Below are positions 30,227 through 39,932 of a DNA stretch of 64,000 nucleotides, piece by piece. Within the stretch, counting starts at the first letter, position 1. Each line of letters starts with the position of its first letter. The position numbers were made by a program, and so were the translations under genes. Source of the stretch: an uncultured virus (IMG/VR IMGVR_UViG_3300029258_003428) (taxonomy: Duplodnaviria; Heunggongvirae; Uroviricota; Caudoviricetes); the IMG/VR virus record IMGVR_UViG_3300029258_003428, one strand, 5' to 3'. The notes below the pieces were generated by a model, which saw nothing but the letters and a program-made list of their open reading frames with translations, searched no databases and was not told the DNA's origin.

Positions 30227-31576
30227 GTGCTGTACAAACTGGAGCTGATGCGTGAGAAGATTCAGAAGGCGATCAGGACCCACCATATCCACATTCTCAA
30301 AGAGTTGAACGGAGCGCCACACGAGACCTACCTAGATTTTTCAAAAGCGTTGGGAGGCGTAGAAGCGGTTGTGGATGCGGTTATTGGAGCACACGAAGGA
30401 GATGTGCTAGAGGAGAGGGAGGCGGGGTCTGTTCTCAAGAAGAAGATTCAACTGCTAGAGGAAGAGCTCGCCGGGTTGGATGACGTCTGGGAGTCGAAAC
30501 TGCACGACGCTATCATAGATCGTGCTCGGATCCTGCGAGATCGAAACCGTATGGAGGAGTTGATAGAGGACTTGGAGGGGCGGGTGCGGGAGTCTGCCAG
30601 AGCTGAGAAGGAGACCAGGCGGGAGTTGGGCAAGGCTGAGGAAGAGCGTGTGCGTGCCGTGCGCGGTAAAGCTGGTGCGGAGCAACGCCTGGAGCAGGAG
30701 AAGAGATCTTTGGAGGAGGCTCGTAAGGAACTGGTAAGGTTGCGGGCGGAGCTAGATCAATACAGAAGGGGCGATGCGCCGTATAAGGGCGTCGCAACGA
30801 GGAAGACCAGGGAGGCCAAGCAGCTCAGTCAACAGGTAAACGATCTTCGCAGGGAGATCTCCGATTATGAAGATCTGTTAATCGCAGAGACTCCCACATC
30901 GAGCGAATATCTGGCCATGGTGCCGTCGTTCTCCGACACCATCAACGAAGACCCACCCACCCCAGAGGATAATGTGGTCTATTTGAGGCTTTGTGATGCC
31001 GTAGATTACATTTTGTCCACTCTGACTCCGAGGGAGGAGAAGGTATTGAGGATGCGATTTGGCATTGGCGAGAAGTCGGACCACACGTTAGAGGAGGTCG
31101 CGCGTGCATTTGGTTTAAGTAGGGAGCGTATTAGGATGATCGAGGCCAAGGCCATGCGCAAGCTACGGAATCCAAGCAGGGCCAAATTTGTCAAGAGCTT
31201 CTTGGGAGATCATAGGGACGGATGGGTTGGACTTAGTGCTAGCAGGCGCAGGTGGGTAGGGAACATTCAACGGTTGTGGTCAGTGGAGTGTTCCGCTGCC
31301 GAGACAAAGAAGAAAGAGAAGAAGAAGAAGAAGACGACGACAACAAGGAGAAGGGCTGTGGGGCAGAAGAGCGGACGAGGCAAGGAAGAGATGGTGAGAT
31401 CGAAATTGCGCCGGATGATGATACGCAGGGGCGGGGTACCATACAGGGAGTTTGTGGAGAAGACTGGTATTGACATCACGACAGGCCAGTACGCTCGATG
31501 TCTACGCGCCGTGCGTGAGGAGAAGGGGATCTACGTGCCGCGCGGCGGGAAGAAGAAGAAGGGGGGTGTGCGGTGA
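30227..31576 (+). CDS. coiled-coil protein fused to an RpoD-like sigma-70 region 4
   Basis: LSTLTPREEKVLRMRFGIGEKSDHTLEEVARAFGLSRERIRMIEAKAMRKLRNPSR; no recognisable sigma region 2. Confidence 0.85.
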   Translation: MLYKLELMREKIQKAIRTHHIHILKELNGAPHETYLDFSKALGGVEAVVDAVIGAHEGDVLEEREAGSVLKKKIQLLEEELAGLDDVWESKLHDAIIDRARILRDRNRMEELIEDLEGRVRESARAEKETRRELGKAEEERVRAVRGKAGAEQRLEQEKRSLEEARKELVRLRAELDQYRRGDAPYKGVATRKTREAKQLSQQVNDLRREISDYEDLLIAETPTSSEYLAMVPSFSDTINEDPPTPEDNVVYLRLCDAVDYILSTLTPREEKVLRMRFGIGEKSDHTLEEVARAFGLSRERIRMIEAKAMRKLRNPSRAKFVKSFLGDHRDGWVGLSASRRRWVGNIQRLWSVECSAAETKKKEKKKKKTTTTRRRAVGQKSGRGKEEMVRSKLRRMMIRRGGVPYREFVEKTGIDITTGQYARCLRAVREEKGIYVPRGGKKKKGGVR

Positions 31577-34391
31577 GCGATGAGAGAGGTCGATATTGCT
31601 GTGTGGAAAAGCGCAACCGCGTCATCTGCGAGAGAGTTAGGCGTGAGGCGTTCTCTGATGTGAGGTGTCTTGAGCATGTCCTGATGTGGTTTTCTATCAA
31701 GGGCGTTCGTCCCGTTTGGCAGCTGAAGAGAGCTGAGGCAGTAAAGAATGGGACCATGATAAGACTTCTCGTTCACGTAGATCCGCTGTTTTTGGAGCTG
31801 CTAGATCGCACGAAGTACACACTTGAGGCTGAGATAGAGAACGCTTTCTCAAATGGTCTTCTGGGACTTCCAAGTACAGAACTTATCTCGGTTTGCGTTG
31901 TTGAGAAACCCATGCCCGTGTTGGGATGCATCGAGATGAGGGGGGAGGAAGAAGATGAGTAGAGATCCATTCGAGATCTATCGCAAGGAGCGCATCCTGG
32001 AGGACAGGTTTGATCTTCTTCATGAGGACGGATCACTCCCAAAGAAGCATCCACCGCTGGTGTTCCCAGAGATACACGTCACGGCGGGTCCGGCATTCAT
32101 TGCCGGAGAGATACACAGAAAGTTCTTAGGCATGGACGATTTGCTCAGGGAGTTGGGGTGTGCAGTCAGCGAGGCTCGAGTGGAAGTGAAGAGAGCTTCG
32201 GGGATGCAAACGGCTCAACAGATGTACGAGGTGGTGTTCCCGGAAGGTTCTCGCATCATCAAGTACCCAAAGGAGAGGACGCCCCACCTGACAGCGAGTG
32301 GACAGAAACGGAGGGGAGCAAAGGAACCTAGGAAGGGGTGGGACCTTCACAGCAGGCAGGGGCAGGTATTGATCCTAGGAGATACCGAGGACTACATCGT
32401 CACCTACTACCGACGCACGAGCCTCTCACCGGAGTATTTTGATCGGGGCGTCGTAGTCGTGGAAAAGGAGTAATGATGCTCAAGATCATCTCTCATATGC
32501 AGCTGGTCGACTCGATGAGGCTGGCGAAGGAGACAGGAACAGAGGACCAGTTGATCCATTGGCTCTTGTGGTTGGACGAGTTCATGGGCAGGGAGAATAC
32601 CATCGTGGAGCTGCTGGCCGACATGCCGTTCAGCCCCGGATCGATCTATTGGGTCGCCTGGCCGAAGGATAGATACGGTGAGGAGGATGCGAGGGCGCAC
32701 ATGAACGGCGGATTGATCTACCACCAGGCGGCCAAGGAATGGAGTGTGCACTCATGATGGGATTCGTGTTGCATGACGGCCCCAGCATCGTGGACGTGAC
32801 CTTTCGGCACAGGGTGCCCCCCGCGGGCGAGTTGTTGGAGATGAAAGAAGCCGCGGCACAGAGCGGCCTCGAGGTCACAATCCAAGAGGAGATGCATGGA
32901 GAGCAGTGCTTGGTATGCTGGGTTGAGCGGATGGCCAAATCACTGAAGCAGGACCGAGAGGTTCAGAAAGGAGAGAACGATGACGTGGAGAGATGATGTT
33001 CAGTATCGCATCGCGCAACTGCTGGAGAACGCGGACTGGGATTCACAGGTGGGTGAGGTGCGCTTCCACGAGATCGAGAAGCAGATCAACATCACGGTCT
33101 ACAACAAGGAGGCGTTGGAGGAGCTGCTGATGGACGAGGCCATGCGGGAGCGTATGAAGACGATGAAGCGGGTGGACAAGCGGGTGGAGATCGCCTGCGA
33201 GAACCTGGTGGCGGACGTCCTAGACAAGAACTTCAGTCACAAGATCGAGGAGATGGGCTGGTAGATGTCGCACCACAAGCGAAGGAAGGACAGAATGATG
33301 CTTCTGGCTCCCCCGAAGGAGGGAGAGTACACCCCAGCGCTCTACGAGAGTAGGCGTGGCATCGAGCCGGCACTCGTCAAGCAGCTCGAGGAGGGGGAGG
33401 TCATGACGGAAGGGAGGAGGGTCAGGCTCTCCCCTCACGCCGGGAGCCCCGGTGTGTACGATGCGGAGACGGAGATGGTGTGTTCGACAACGGCACCAAG
33501 GGGGGGTCCGCCCAGAGTTGCATCTAAAGCGTACCGCGCGAACTACGACTACATTTTTCAGAAACCCAACAAGGGACCACCAAACTAGGAGAGGAAACAT
33601 GCCGATTAAGGAGAGGCAGAAATACTTGGTTCGCGTACTCAAGCAGTTCGCAGAACTGTCTGAGGCGGGGGACCTCAAGCTGTTGAAGATCATCTTCAAG
33701 AATAATCGCACCACGGCTTTTGCAGACACGACTCACGGGCCGATAGCTTTTGGATACGTCGAAGAGTTCGACATGAAGGAACTCGATGATTGATCCAGAA
33801 AAAGACATCTTCATCAACGCTCGTGGGGATACGATGCCTCATGCAGTGGAGCAGTTTTTGTTGCGGGCAGAATATCCGCCCGGGTTTTCGATGATAGAGG
33901 CCGAGCGTATCCTGAGGAAGCTAATCGCCAGGGAAATCAACTCAGGTAGGAGACTGGAGAACCGAGATCGTGGGTGGGGTCAGGGGGACGAAGAGTTCCT
34001 GGTGAGGGTGCATGATGAGGGGAGGGCTCCAGTCTTCGTCGTCGTGCAGACTGGCGTACCAGACGGGAAGTACAAGTATCTGGTGCATACGGTCCTGTCG
34101 AAGGACATGTATGATTCGTGGAACAGGGAGGGCAAGCTTGGATCGATTGGAGACGCAGTTGATCCAAAAATCATAGAGGAGGCCCACGCGAAGGTAGAGA
34201 ACCGACCACCTCCAGCAGAGGATGAGATGCGTATTGTGTTGTGGGATTTCGAGGGAACCGTCCAATTCAAGGAGGTCAGGAAGTACGCGGTTCCGGGAGA
34301 GATCTTGTCCCTTCTCGGCCAGGGTACTCCATGGGGAGACATCCGTGTGTTTCGGGAAGAGAAGTTTGATTTGCGGGTTGTTTTGAAGTAG
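31573..34391 (+). other. run of about eight small hypothetical genes
   Basis: Tightly packed ORFs with RBSs (e.g. 31955-32473, 32473-32757, 32980-33264, 33265-33588, 33786-34391). Confidence 0.55.
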
Positions 34392-34418
34392 GTGCGTGCG
34401 GAACCGTATGAACCGTAC

Positions 34419-34466
34419 TGAAGGGCTGGGAGGCCTCGCACCACCTCCCGGCCCCTCATTTTAGCT
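34419..34466 (+). terminator. hairpin + T tract + TTAGCT
   Basis: TGAAGGGCTGGGAGG...CCTCCCGGCCCCTCA imperfect stem followed by TTTTAGCT. Confidence 0.6.
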
Positions 34467-35134
34467 TGCACCAGATCGTCAACACGCTGTACGATCTCCT
34501 TCCATGACGCTCTCCCTGAACGAGCACACCCTGAAGTTCGAGTGCACACACTGCGGACGTGTCCACGAGATCAAGGTGCCGGAGAGCCGTCAGGTCCATA
34601 AGGGCGATATCATCACGCCTTACCCGGGCGGAGGAAACTATGGCCGCTGCCACTTCTGCAGACGGCCTGGGCTGCGCGCCATCGAAGAGCGCGTCACACC
34701 AAAGAGAGGGCCGGTAGGATGGAGGAACATTCCAAAGAAGTGACGATCTACAAAGACGGCGAGTCCGTAGCTCACTACCACGGAGCACCGCGCATCGTCG
34801 AGATGCAGCTCGATGACCTCCCCAAGCTGACATGCTTTGGATTCCCAACCATCGCGTTGGACAGGCGCATCATCTTCCAGCTGCTCAACCGCCGTCCGTT
34901 GATGGACGTGTTCAATGGTGTCGGCATCGAAGTGAAAGAAGAGAAGCAGGACGAGACCAATATCGAGCGCACCGAGCCTGTATATCTCGTCCACGGCCGT
35001 CAGGAAACCTATAGAGGAGAAACCACAATCAACGCTGTGGTCCTGGCGTATGTTCACGGGAAGATCAAGCCGAGAGAACTGGCCACGAAACTCCCGGAAA
35101 TTTATAGACGATTCTCTGCTTCCATTTAAATGGG

Positions 35135-35164
35135 TTGACAGAGGACATACATCGTATGTATTAA
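35135..35164 (+). promoter_or_regulatory. sigma70-type promoter with overlapping palindrome
   Basis: TTGACA-18 bp-TATTAA; ACATAC-atc-GTATGT inverted repeat in the spacer. Confidence 0.55.
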
Positions 35165-35449
35165 AAAGCTCATGAGTGCCAACACACGTGGTGAGATACC
35201 GCAGTCGGTGGTGCTTCCGGCGAAGCAGTTCCTTAGTGAGGACGAGCTCGTGGAACTGTGGGAGATCCGCGGCCTGAAGTTCAGGGTTGATGAGCTGCAC
35301 AAGTTCTGCCAAGAGCGTGGGTTGCTGCCACATCTCCGCCGGGACAGCTTTCGGAAGAAGGTTCTCGGGATGTTGCGGGCCTTCATGGTCAATGGGGAGA
35401 TTCGTAGAGACCCACGGTTCGTACCACCTCTCAAACCACTGAAAAGGCT

Positions 35450-36526
35450 ATGACAAAATCCACAAAGTTCAACAAGACCATGACCGACATCAAGAGCCGC
35501 GGGAAGCCCCTGGGAGGAGCCCCCAAGGTTCAAATCCCCCCGCTGGATGCGGAGCCGGTAACTGGGCCTAATGGCGAGCCTTTGACGATGGAGCAGCAGG
35601 CGGCCATGTTGAGGGACCCCACTAACCCGATGAGCCCACACTACAGCCCCCAGGCCGCGGAGATGGCACAGCAGGGATATATCCCCCAGCAGGCCACCAC
35701 ACCTCCTCAGATGGACCCAGCGGCCCTCAGAGCGGCTCGAGCCGGAGGGAGGCCCCAAGGTACCCCCCAGGGTCCTTTCGGCGGAATTCTGCCGCCTGAG
35801 GCCGCGAGAGACCCCAATTTCGTGCCTGGTGTGGGCTCGATGTACGCCGCCAACCAGCCAGCCGTCCGGAGGGGACAGCCCGGGGCCCCGAACCTGAGCC
35901 AGGAGACCTTGGACGGGATGCAGGCGTTGGCTCAGCTCCAGTCCAAGACGGCTGAAGCGCATGAGAAGGAGGAGAAGGAGCGGCGGGAGCACCAAGAGAA
36001 GGAGGCCGAGGAGAAGGAGGCCGAGCGCCTGGGGCTATCTGACGACCTGCTGGCGCAGCTGCGGGAAGCTATGGCAGATCTCAACTCGGACGACATCCGC
36101 AAGGCCATCGAGAAGCGGATCGAACCGATGGATTTGGTCCAGCTCATCGAGGAGGGCGAGTGCCGCCAGGACGTGCCCATCGTCCCAGACAAGCTGGTGC
36201 CGACTTATCGCACGGTCTCTGGGCACGAGGACCTGAAGATCAAGGAAGAGGCGTTCAAGGTGGAGGGCATCAACGATGTCTACCTGGTTGACCTGCTCAA
36301 TCTGATGCAGTTGACGGCGGGGCTGCATGCGATCAACAGACGGCCGCTGCCGAGCCACCTGAACGACAAGAAGCGTCTGGATAAGGACAACTTCGAGCGA
36401 AAATTCGATATAGTGCTTTCATACCCTATCCAGATGCTAGCTTCGCTCTCGATCAACTTCAGCTGGTTCGACAGGAGGGTACGCTCCCTGTTCATCGATG
36501 TGGAGCCCTTAAAAAATGGATCATGA
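35450..36526 (+). CDS. putative tail assembly chaperone (gpG-like)
   Basis: Pro/Gln-rich N-terminus, acidic helical C-terminal domain; ends at a slippery A AAA AAT. Confidence 0.5.
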   Translation: MTKSTKFNKTMTDIKSRGKPLGGAPKVQIPPLDAEPVTGPNGEPLTMEQQAAMLRDPTNPMSPHYSPQAAEMAQQGYIPQQATTPPQMDPAALRAARAGGRPQGTPQGPFGGILPPEAARDPNFVPGVGSMYAANQPAVRRGQPGAPNLSQETLDGMQALAQLQSKTAEAHEKEEKERREHQEKEAEEKEAERLGLSDDLLAQLREAMADLNSDDIRKAIEKRIEPMDLVQLIEEGECRQDVPIVPDKLVPTYRTVSGHEDLKIKEEAFKVEGINDVYLVDLLNLMQLTAGLHAINRRPLPSHLNDKKRLDKDNFERKFDIVLSYPIQMLASLSINFSWFDRRVRSLFIDVEPLKNGS

Positions 36527-36960
36527 CTCCAGTGGGGTGGGCTCGGGCCAACATGCTTTACGACATGCAGACCGAGCCTCCTCCTCCAGGCAGCCCATTG
36601 GAGTCGATATTCATCCTGGTCTGGCAGATGAGGCAGGATGCGGAGTACCACGCTGTCCGGGCTGTTGTTCAGTCTTCTGTCGATGCGGGGGACGATGGCA
36701 ACGCACTGCAGGATGCGTGGAAGGGATTCACGGAGCACTTCTATCCGCACCTGAAGGAGGAGCAGAGCAGGTACAAGCAGGCAGCGATGGCACGCCTCAA
36801 GAAGGAATCCGAACGCGGGCCTCTTGCCGTTCGACCACTAGCTCCGTTGATCAAGAGCAAGCTGCATAAGAAACGGAGGAAGATCATTGGAGCAGATGAC
36901 GCAGTTATGTCCCGCTTGCGGCAGCGGCAAGATCGATACCGCGGAGGGCGACCAGGCTGA
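36523..36960 (+). CDS. putative -1 frameshift extension (gpT-like)
   Basis: In the -1 frame and open back through the slippery site; no close RBS. Confidence 0.5.
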   Translation: MTPVGWARANMLYDMQTEPPPPGSPLESIFILVWQMRQDAEYHAVRAVVQSSVDAGDDGNALQDAWKGFTEHFYPHLKEEQSRYKQAAMARLKKESERGPLAVRPLAPLIKSKLHKKRRKIIGADDAVMSRLRQRQDRYRGGRPG

Positions 36961-37282
36961 GTGTCTCGATTGCGGGTGGAAAGGATCTAAGACTTCCCTG
37001 CTAGCAGTTCCCCTGCCAGCCAATCCCTACTCTATGGAGATCAATCAGGACAGAGCGCTGGAGATGGCCAAGCACATCTCCCAGCAGTACATGCAGCTGC
37101 TTCCAGCACATGCTGCCAAGCCCATCGGGCTGTGCATTATCGAGTCCGGGCTGTGCGGCAAGCAGGACAGCAAGAACCTCGCGCGATTGATCCGCGCTGC
37201 GTGTCTCGGGGCGCACAAAGCCACGCTGGATGAGGCCGAGACCATTGCCAAGGAACACCTGAAAAAGACCGGCGGAAACTGA
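36887..37282 (+). CDS. Zn-ribbon hypothetical protein
   Basis: CPAC...CLDC. Confidence 0.55.
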   Translation: MEQMTQLCPACGSGKIDTAEGDQAECLDCGWKGSKTSLLAVPLPANPYSMEINQDRALEMAKHISQQYMQLLPAHAAKPIGLCIIESGLCGKQDSKNLARLIRAACLGAHKATLDEAETIAKEHLKKTGGN

Positions 37283-37316
37283 GGCGAAAAGCGAAAAACT
37301 TAAAAGAGAGATCAAC

Positions 37317-37676
37317 ATGACCGAAAACATGAGTGAGAATCCGTTCTTGGCGATACAGGACGAAGAAGATGTTGAGAAAGACACGATTCAGTTTTGTTGG
37401 AGAGATCAGGCCCGTTATTGTGGCCGAGATTGTGTTGCTTTTGATGAGAGATCGCTGGTAGAGAACAGCGGTTTTGGGCCCTGTTCTTTGATCAACCATC
37501 AAGATCGACAGTCCCGTGCATTGACGGGCCTCGCCATTCAGATGAAGCGGCAGAACGATTTTTACGAGCACGAGGACAGAGCGCACCAGCAGCGGTTGGA
37601 GAAGCGAGTAGAGACGGCGGAGCGAGCGGCAAAGATCAAGGAGCTGGACAGAGACCCACCAAAGGTGGAGAGCTAG
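37317..37676 (+). CDS. hypothetical Cys-motif protein
   Basis: FCWRDQARYCGRDCVAF. Confidence 0.55.
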   Translation: MTENMSENPFLAIQDEEDVEKDTIQFCWRDQARYCGRDCVAFDERSLVENSGFGPCSLINHQDRQSRALTGLAIQMKRQNDFYEHEDRAHQQRLEKRVETAERAAKIKELDRDPPKVES

Positions 37677-38272
37677 TGGAGAGTAGCAGCGCGTACGTCA
37701 ACTCCCAGTACGTTGACGCCATCATCAAAGATGTTCAGAGGCAGGCGCGGAAGCAGCTGGTCAGAGAAGTGGAAGAGTGGGTGTTGACCGGAAAGAGCGT
37801 AAAGCAGTTGATCTTCCGTTTGAAGACAGCGCCTCTTACTTACAGCGTGGAGGAGTAATGATCTACATCATGGTTCATATCAGTCACGATCACAAGGATG
37901 TGAAGATCGTGCAGGGAAGTAAGGCTGACATGGAGCACCTGGTCAGCCAGGCCGGCGATAAGGATGTGATCTACCACTCTGCGGTTCCCAATGCAGCGGA
38001 CCCGAGGCGGTGGACCGTGGGCAAGAACGGGTGCTCGATAATCATCAAGGGGGAGGTCGTGGTCCCGCAGGAGCGGGAAGTAACGATCAGGTACGAGCTC
38101 CCATGAGACGGCCGGAGATCAAATTGCCGTGGTGGCGCAAGCTGCTCGTGCGCCTCCCTCTCGTAGGTTTCCTGTTCCGTGTCCGCGTAGCTCCCTGGGT
38201 GCGATGGACAACAGAGAGTCAGCGGGACAAGGCCGAGAGGTTGTACAAGGAGCACTTCAAAGGGAGAAGACC

Positions 38273-38920
38273 ATGAAGCTGACGATAATAGGTGTGGGGC
38301 AGGTGTTGGACTTCGCCTCGGGAGAGATGGTGGACACAATGCAGGTTCAGGCGGAGGGCGGGGAGGTCTTCAACATCCCAGCGGCGCAGGAAACCGTGCA
38401 AGAGTTGATACGCATCGTCAAGGGGTCGGGAGCCCAACTAGTGGTGCCCCCTCCTCCCAGGCAGGACGACCCGTTGGGCCGGCAGCTCCAGCAGGCATAT
38501 CAGTCAGCGGAGGGCAGGTCCGCGCAGACCGTGCCGCAAGCACAAGGAGACGAAGACTTCCCAGAAGGCGCAACGGTCTTCGGCGGGGACGATGGAGAGA
38601 TCTACTACGCAGAGGATGGGCCAGAAGACTCCCCACAAGGCATGGGTGATGAGGAGCTGGAGCAGATCTTTGGAGGCGGCGGGAACGGCACCCAAGAAGT
38701 CCAGGTGATGTCGGGACGAGATCTCCTTGCTTCCAAGATGCAGAGAACGGGACAGCCCAAGAACACCAGTCTGAACCCTCGGCGGAATGACGGAGAGGAT
38801 AGAAGCGGAGTGCCCAGCTACTCAATCGCAGCAGTGGATGAGAAGGGAAACCCCATGCTTCCACCCGCACCAAAAGGCGACGAGGATGATGAGGAGTTCG
38901 ATCCCGGGGAGCAGATATGA
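38273..38920 (+). CDS. acidic hypothetical protein
   Basis: GGGAG RBS; ends DPGEQI. Confidence 0.6.
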   Translation: MKLTIIGVGQVLDFASGEMVDTMQVQAEGGEVFNIPAAQETVQELIRIVKGSGAQLVVPPPPRQDDPLGRQLQQAYQSAEGRSAQTVPQAQGDEDFPEGATVFGGDDGEIYYAEDGPEDSPQGMGDEELEQIFGGGGNGTQEVQVMSGRDLLASKMQRTGQPKNTSLNPRRNDGEDRSGVPSYSIAAVDEKGNPMLPPAPKGDEDDEEFDPGEQI

Positions 38921-39810
38921 GTAAGATCTGTTACATCGAAAAGACGTTTCGGGCTGATAGCTTGGCGGTGATTGAGCAGGCCAACACGATCATCGGAGAG
39001 TACCAGTCCCAGAATTTGGACATGAGCCTTCGTCAGCTTTATTACCAGTTCGTGGCGCGCGGATTGATCGAGAACACGCAGAAGTCGTATAAGCGCCTCG
39101 GTTCGATCATTAACGATGCGAGGATGGCGGGGATGGTAGATTGGTGGGCTATGGAGGATAGAACCAGAAACCTCATGGGGACGATTCATCAAACATCTCC
39201 GGCAAAGGCGATCAAGGACATCGTGGAAGGTTACGCGATCGATAAGTGGGGGGATCAAGAGTACAGGATCGAGGCGTGGTGTGAGAAGGAGGCACTGATT
39301 GGAGTGTTCGCCGGAATCTGCAACGATCTCGATCTGGACTATTTCGCGTGTAGGGGATTCGTGAGCCAGAGCGAGATGTGGCGGGCCGCAATGCGGATGA
39401 GGGGATACGAGCGCAACGGACAAAAGCCGGTCGTGCTGCACTTTGGGGATCACGATCCAAGCGGGATAGATATGACACGGGACATCAAGGACAGGTTCAA
39501 GACTTTTGGTGCCAGTGTGGAAGTTCGGCGGATAGCCCTCAACATGGATCAGGTGGAGGAGCACAACCCACCACCAAATCCGGCCAAGACCTCGGACAGC
39601 AGGTTCAGCTCCTATGTAGCCGCGTACGGCGAGGAAAGCTGGGAGCTGGATGCGCTCGATCCGATCTTGTTGAGAAATCTGGTCCAGGATCGTGTCTTCG
39701 AGTATCGGGATGTAGATCTGTGGGACGCGGCTGTCCGGGAGGAAGAAGATCAGCGGAGGCAGCTTGAGGAAGTGTCAAACAGGTGGGAAGAGATCTTGGG
39801 GACGTTGTGA
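38917..39810 (+). CDS. TOPRIM-domain protein, topoisomerase VI-A/Spo11-like architecture
   Basis: SLRQLYYQ (wHTH Tyr), AWCEKEAL, CRGF, FGDHDPSGIDM, WELDAL. Confidence 0.75.
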   Translation: MSKICYIEKTFRADSLAVIEQANTIIGEYQSQNLDMSLRQLYYQFVARGLIENTQKSYKRLGSIINDARMAGMVDWWAMEDRTRNLMGTIHQTSPAKAIKDIVEGYAIDKWGDQEYRIEAWCEKEALIGVFAGICNDLDLDYFACRGFVSQSEMWRAAMRMRGYERNGQKPVVLHFGDHDPSGIDMTRDIKDRFKTFGASVEVRRIALNMDQVEEHNPPPNPAKTSDSRFSSYVAAYGEESWELDALDPILLRNLVQDRVFEYRDVDLWDAAVREEEDQRRQLEEVSNRWEEILGTL

Positions 39811-39932
39811 TGGACGGGTGGCAGATACTGTTGATTGGATGTTTGTGATCTTGCAACTTGGTTTGGCGAGTAGATCAAGTAATACGTGTATTTCTCATTG
39901 ATCGGTTTGATCCGATCTAAAGGAGGTAACCA

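Noticed and set aside
30227..31576. Full RpoD sigma factor
   Set aside because: Regions 1.2, 2 and 3 are not recognisable, so rpoD was not assigned
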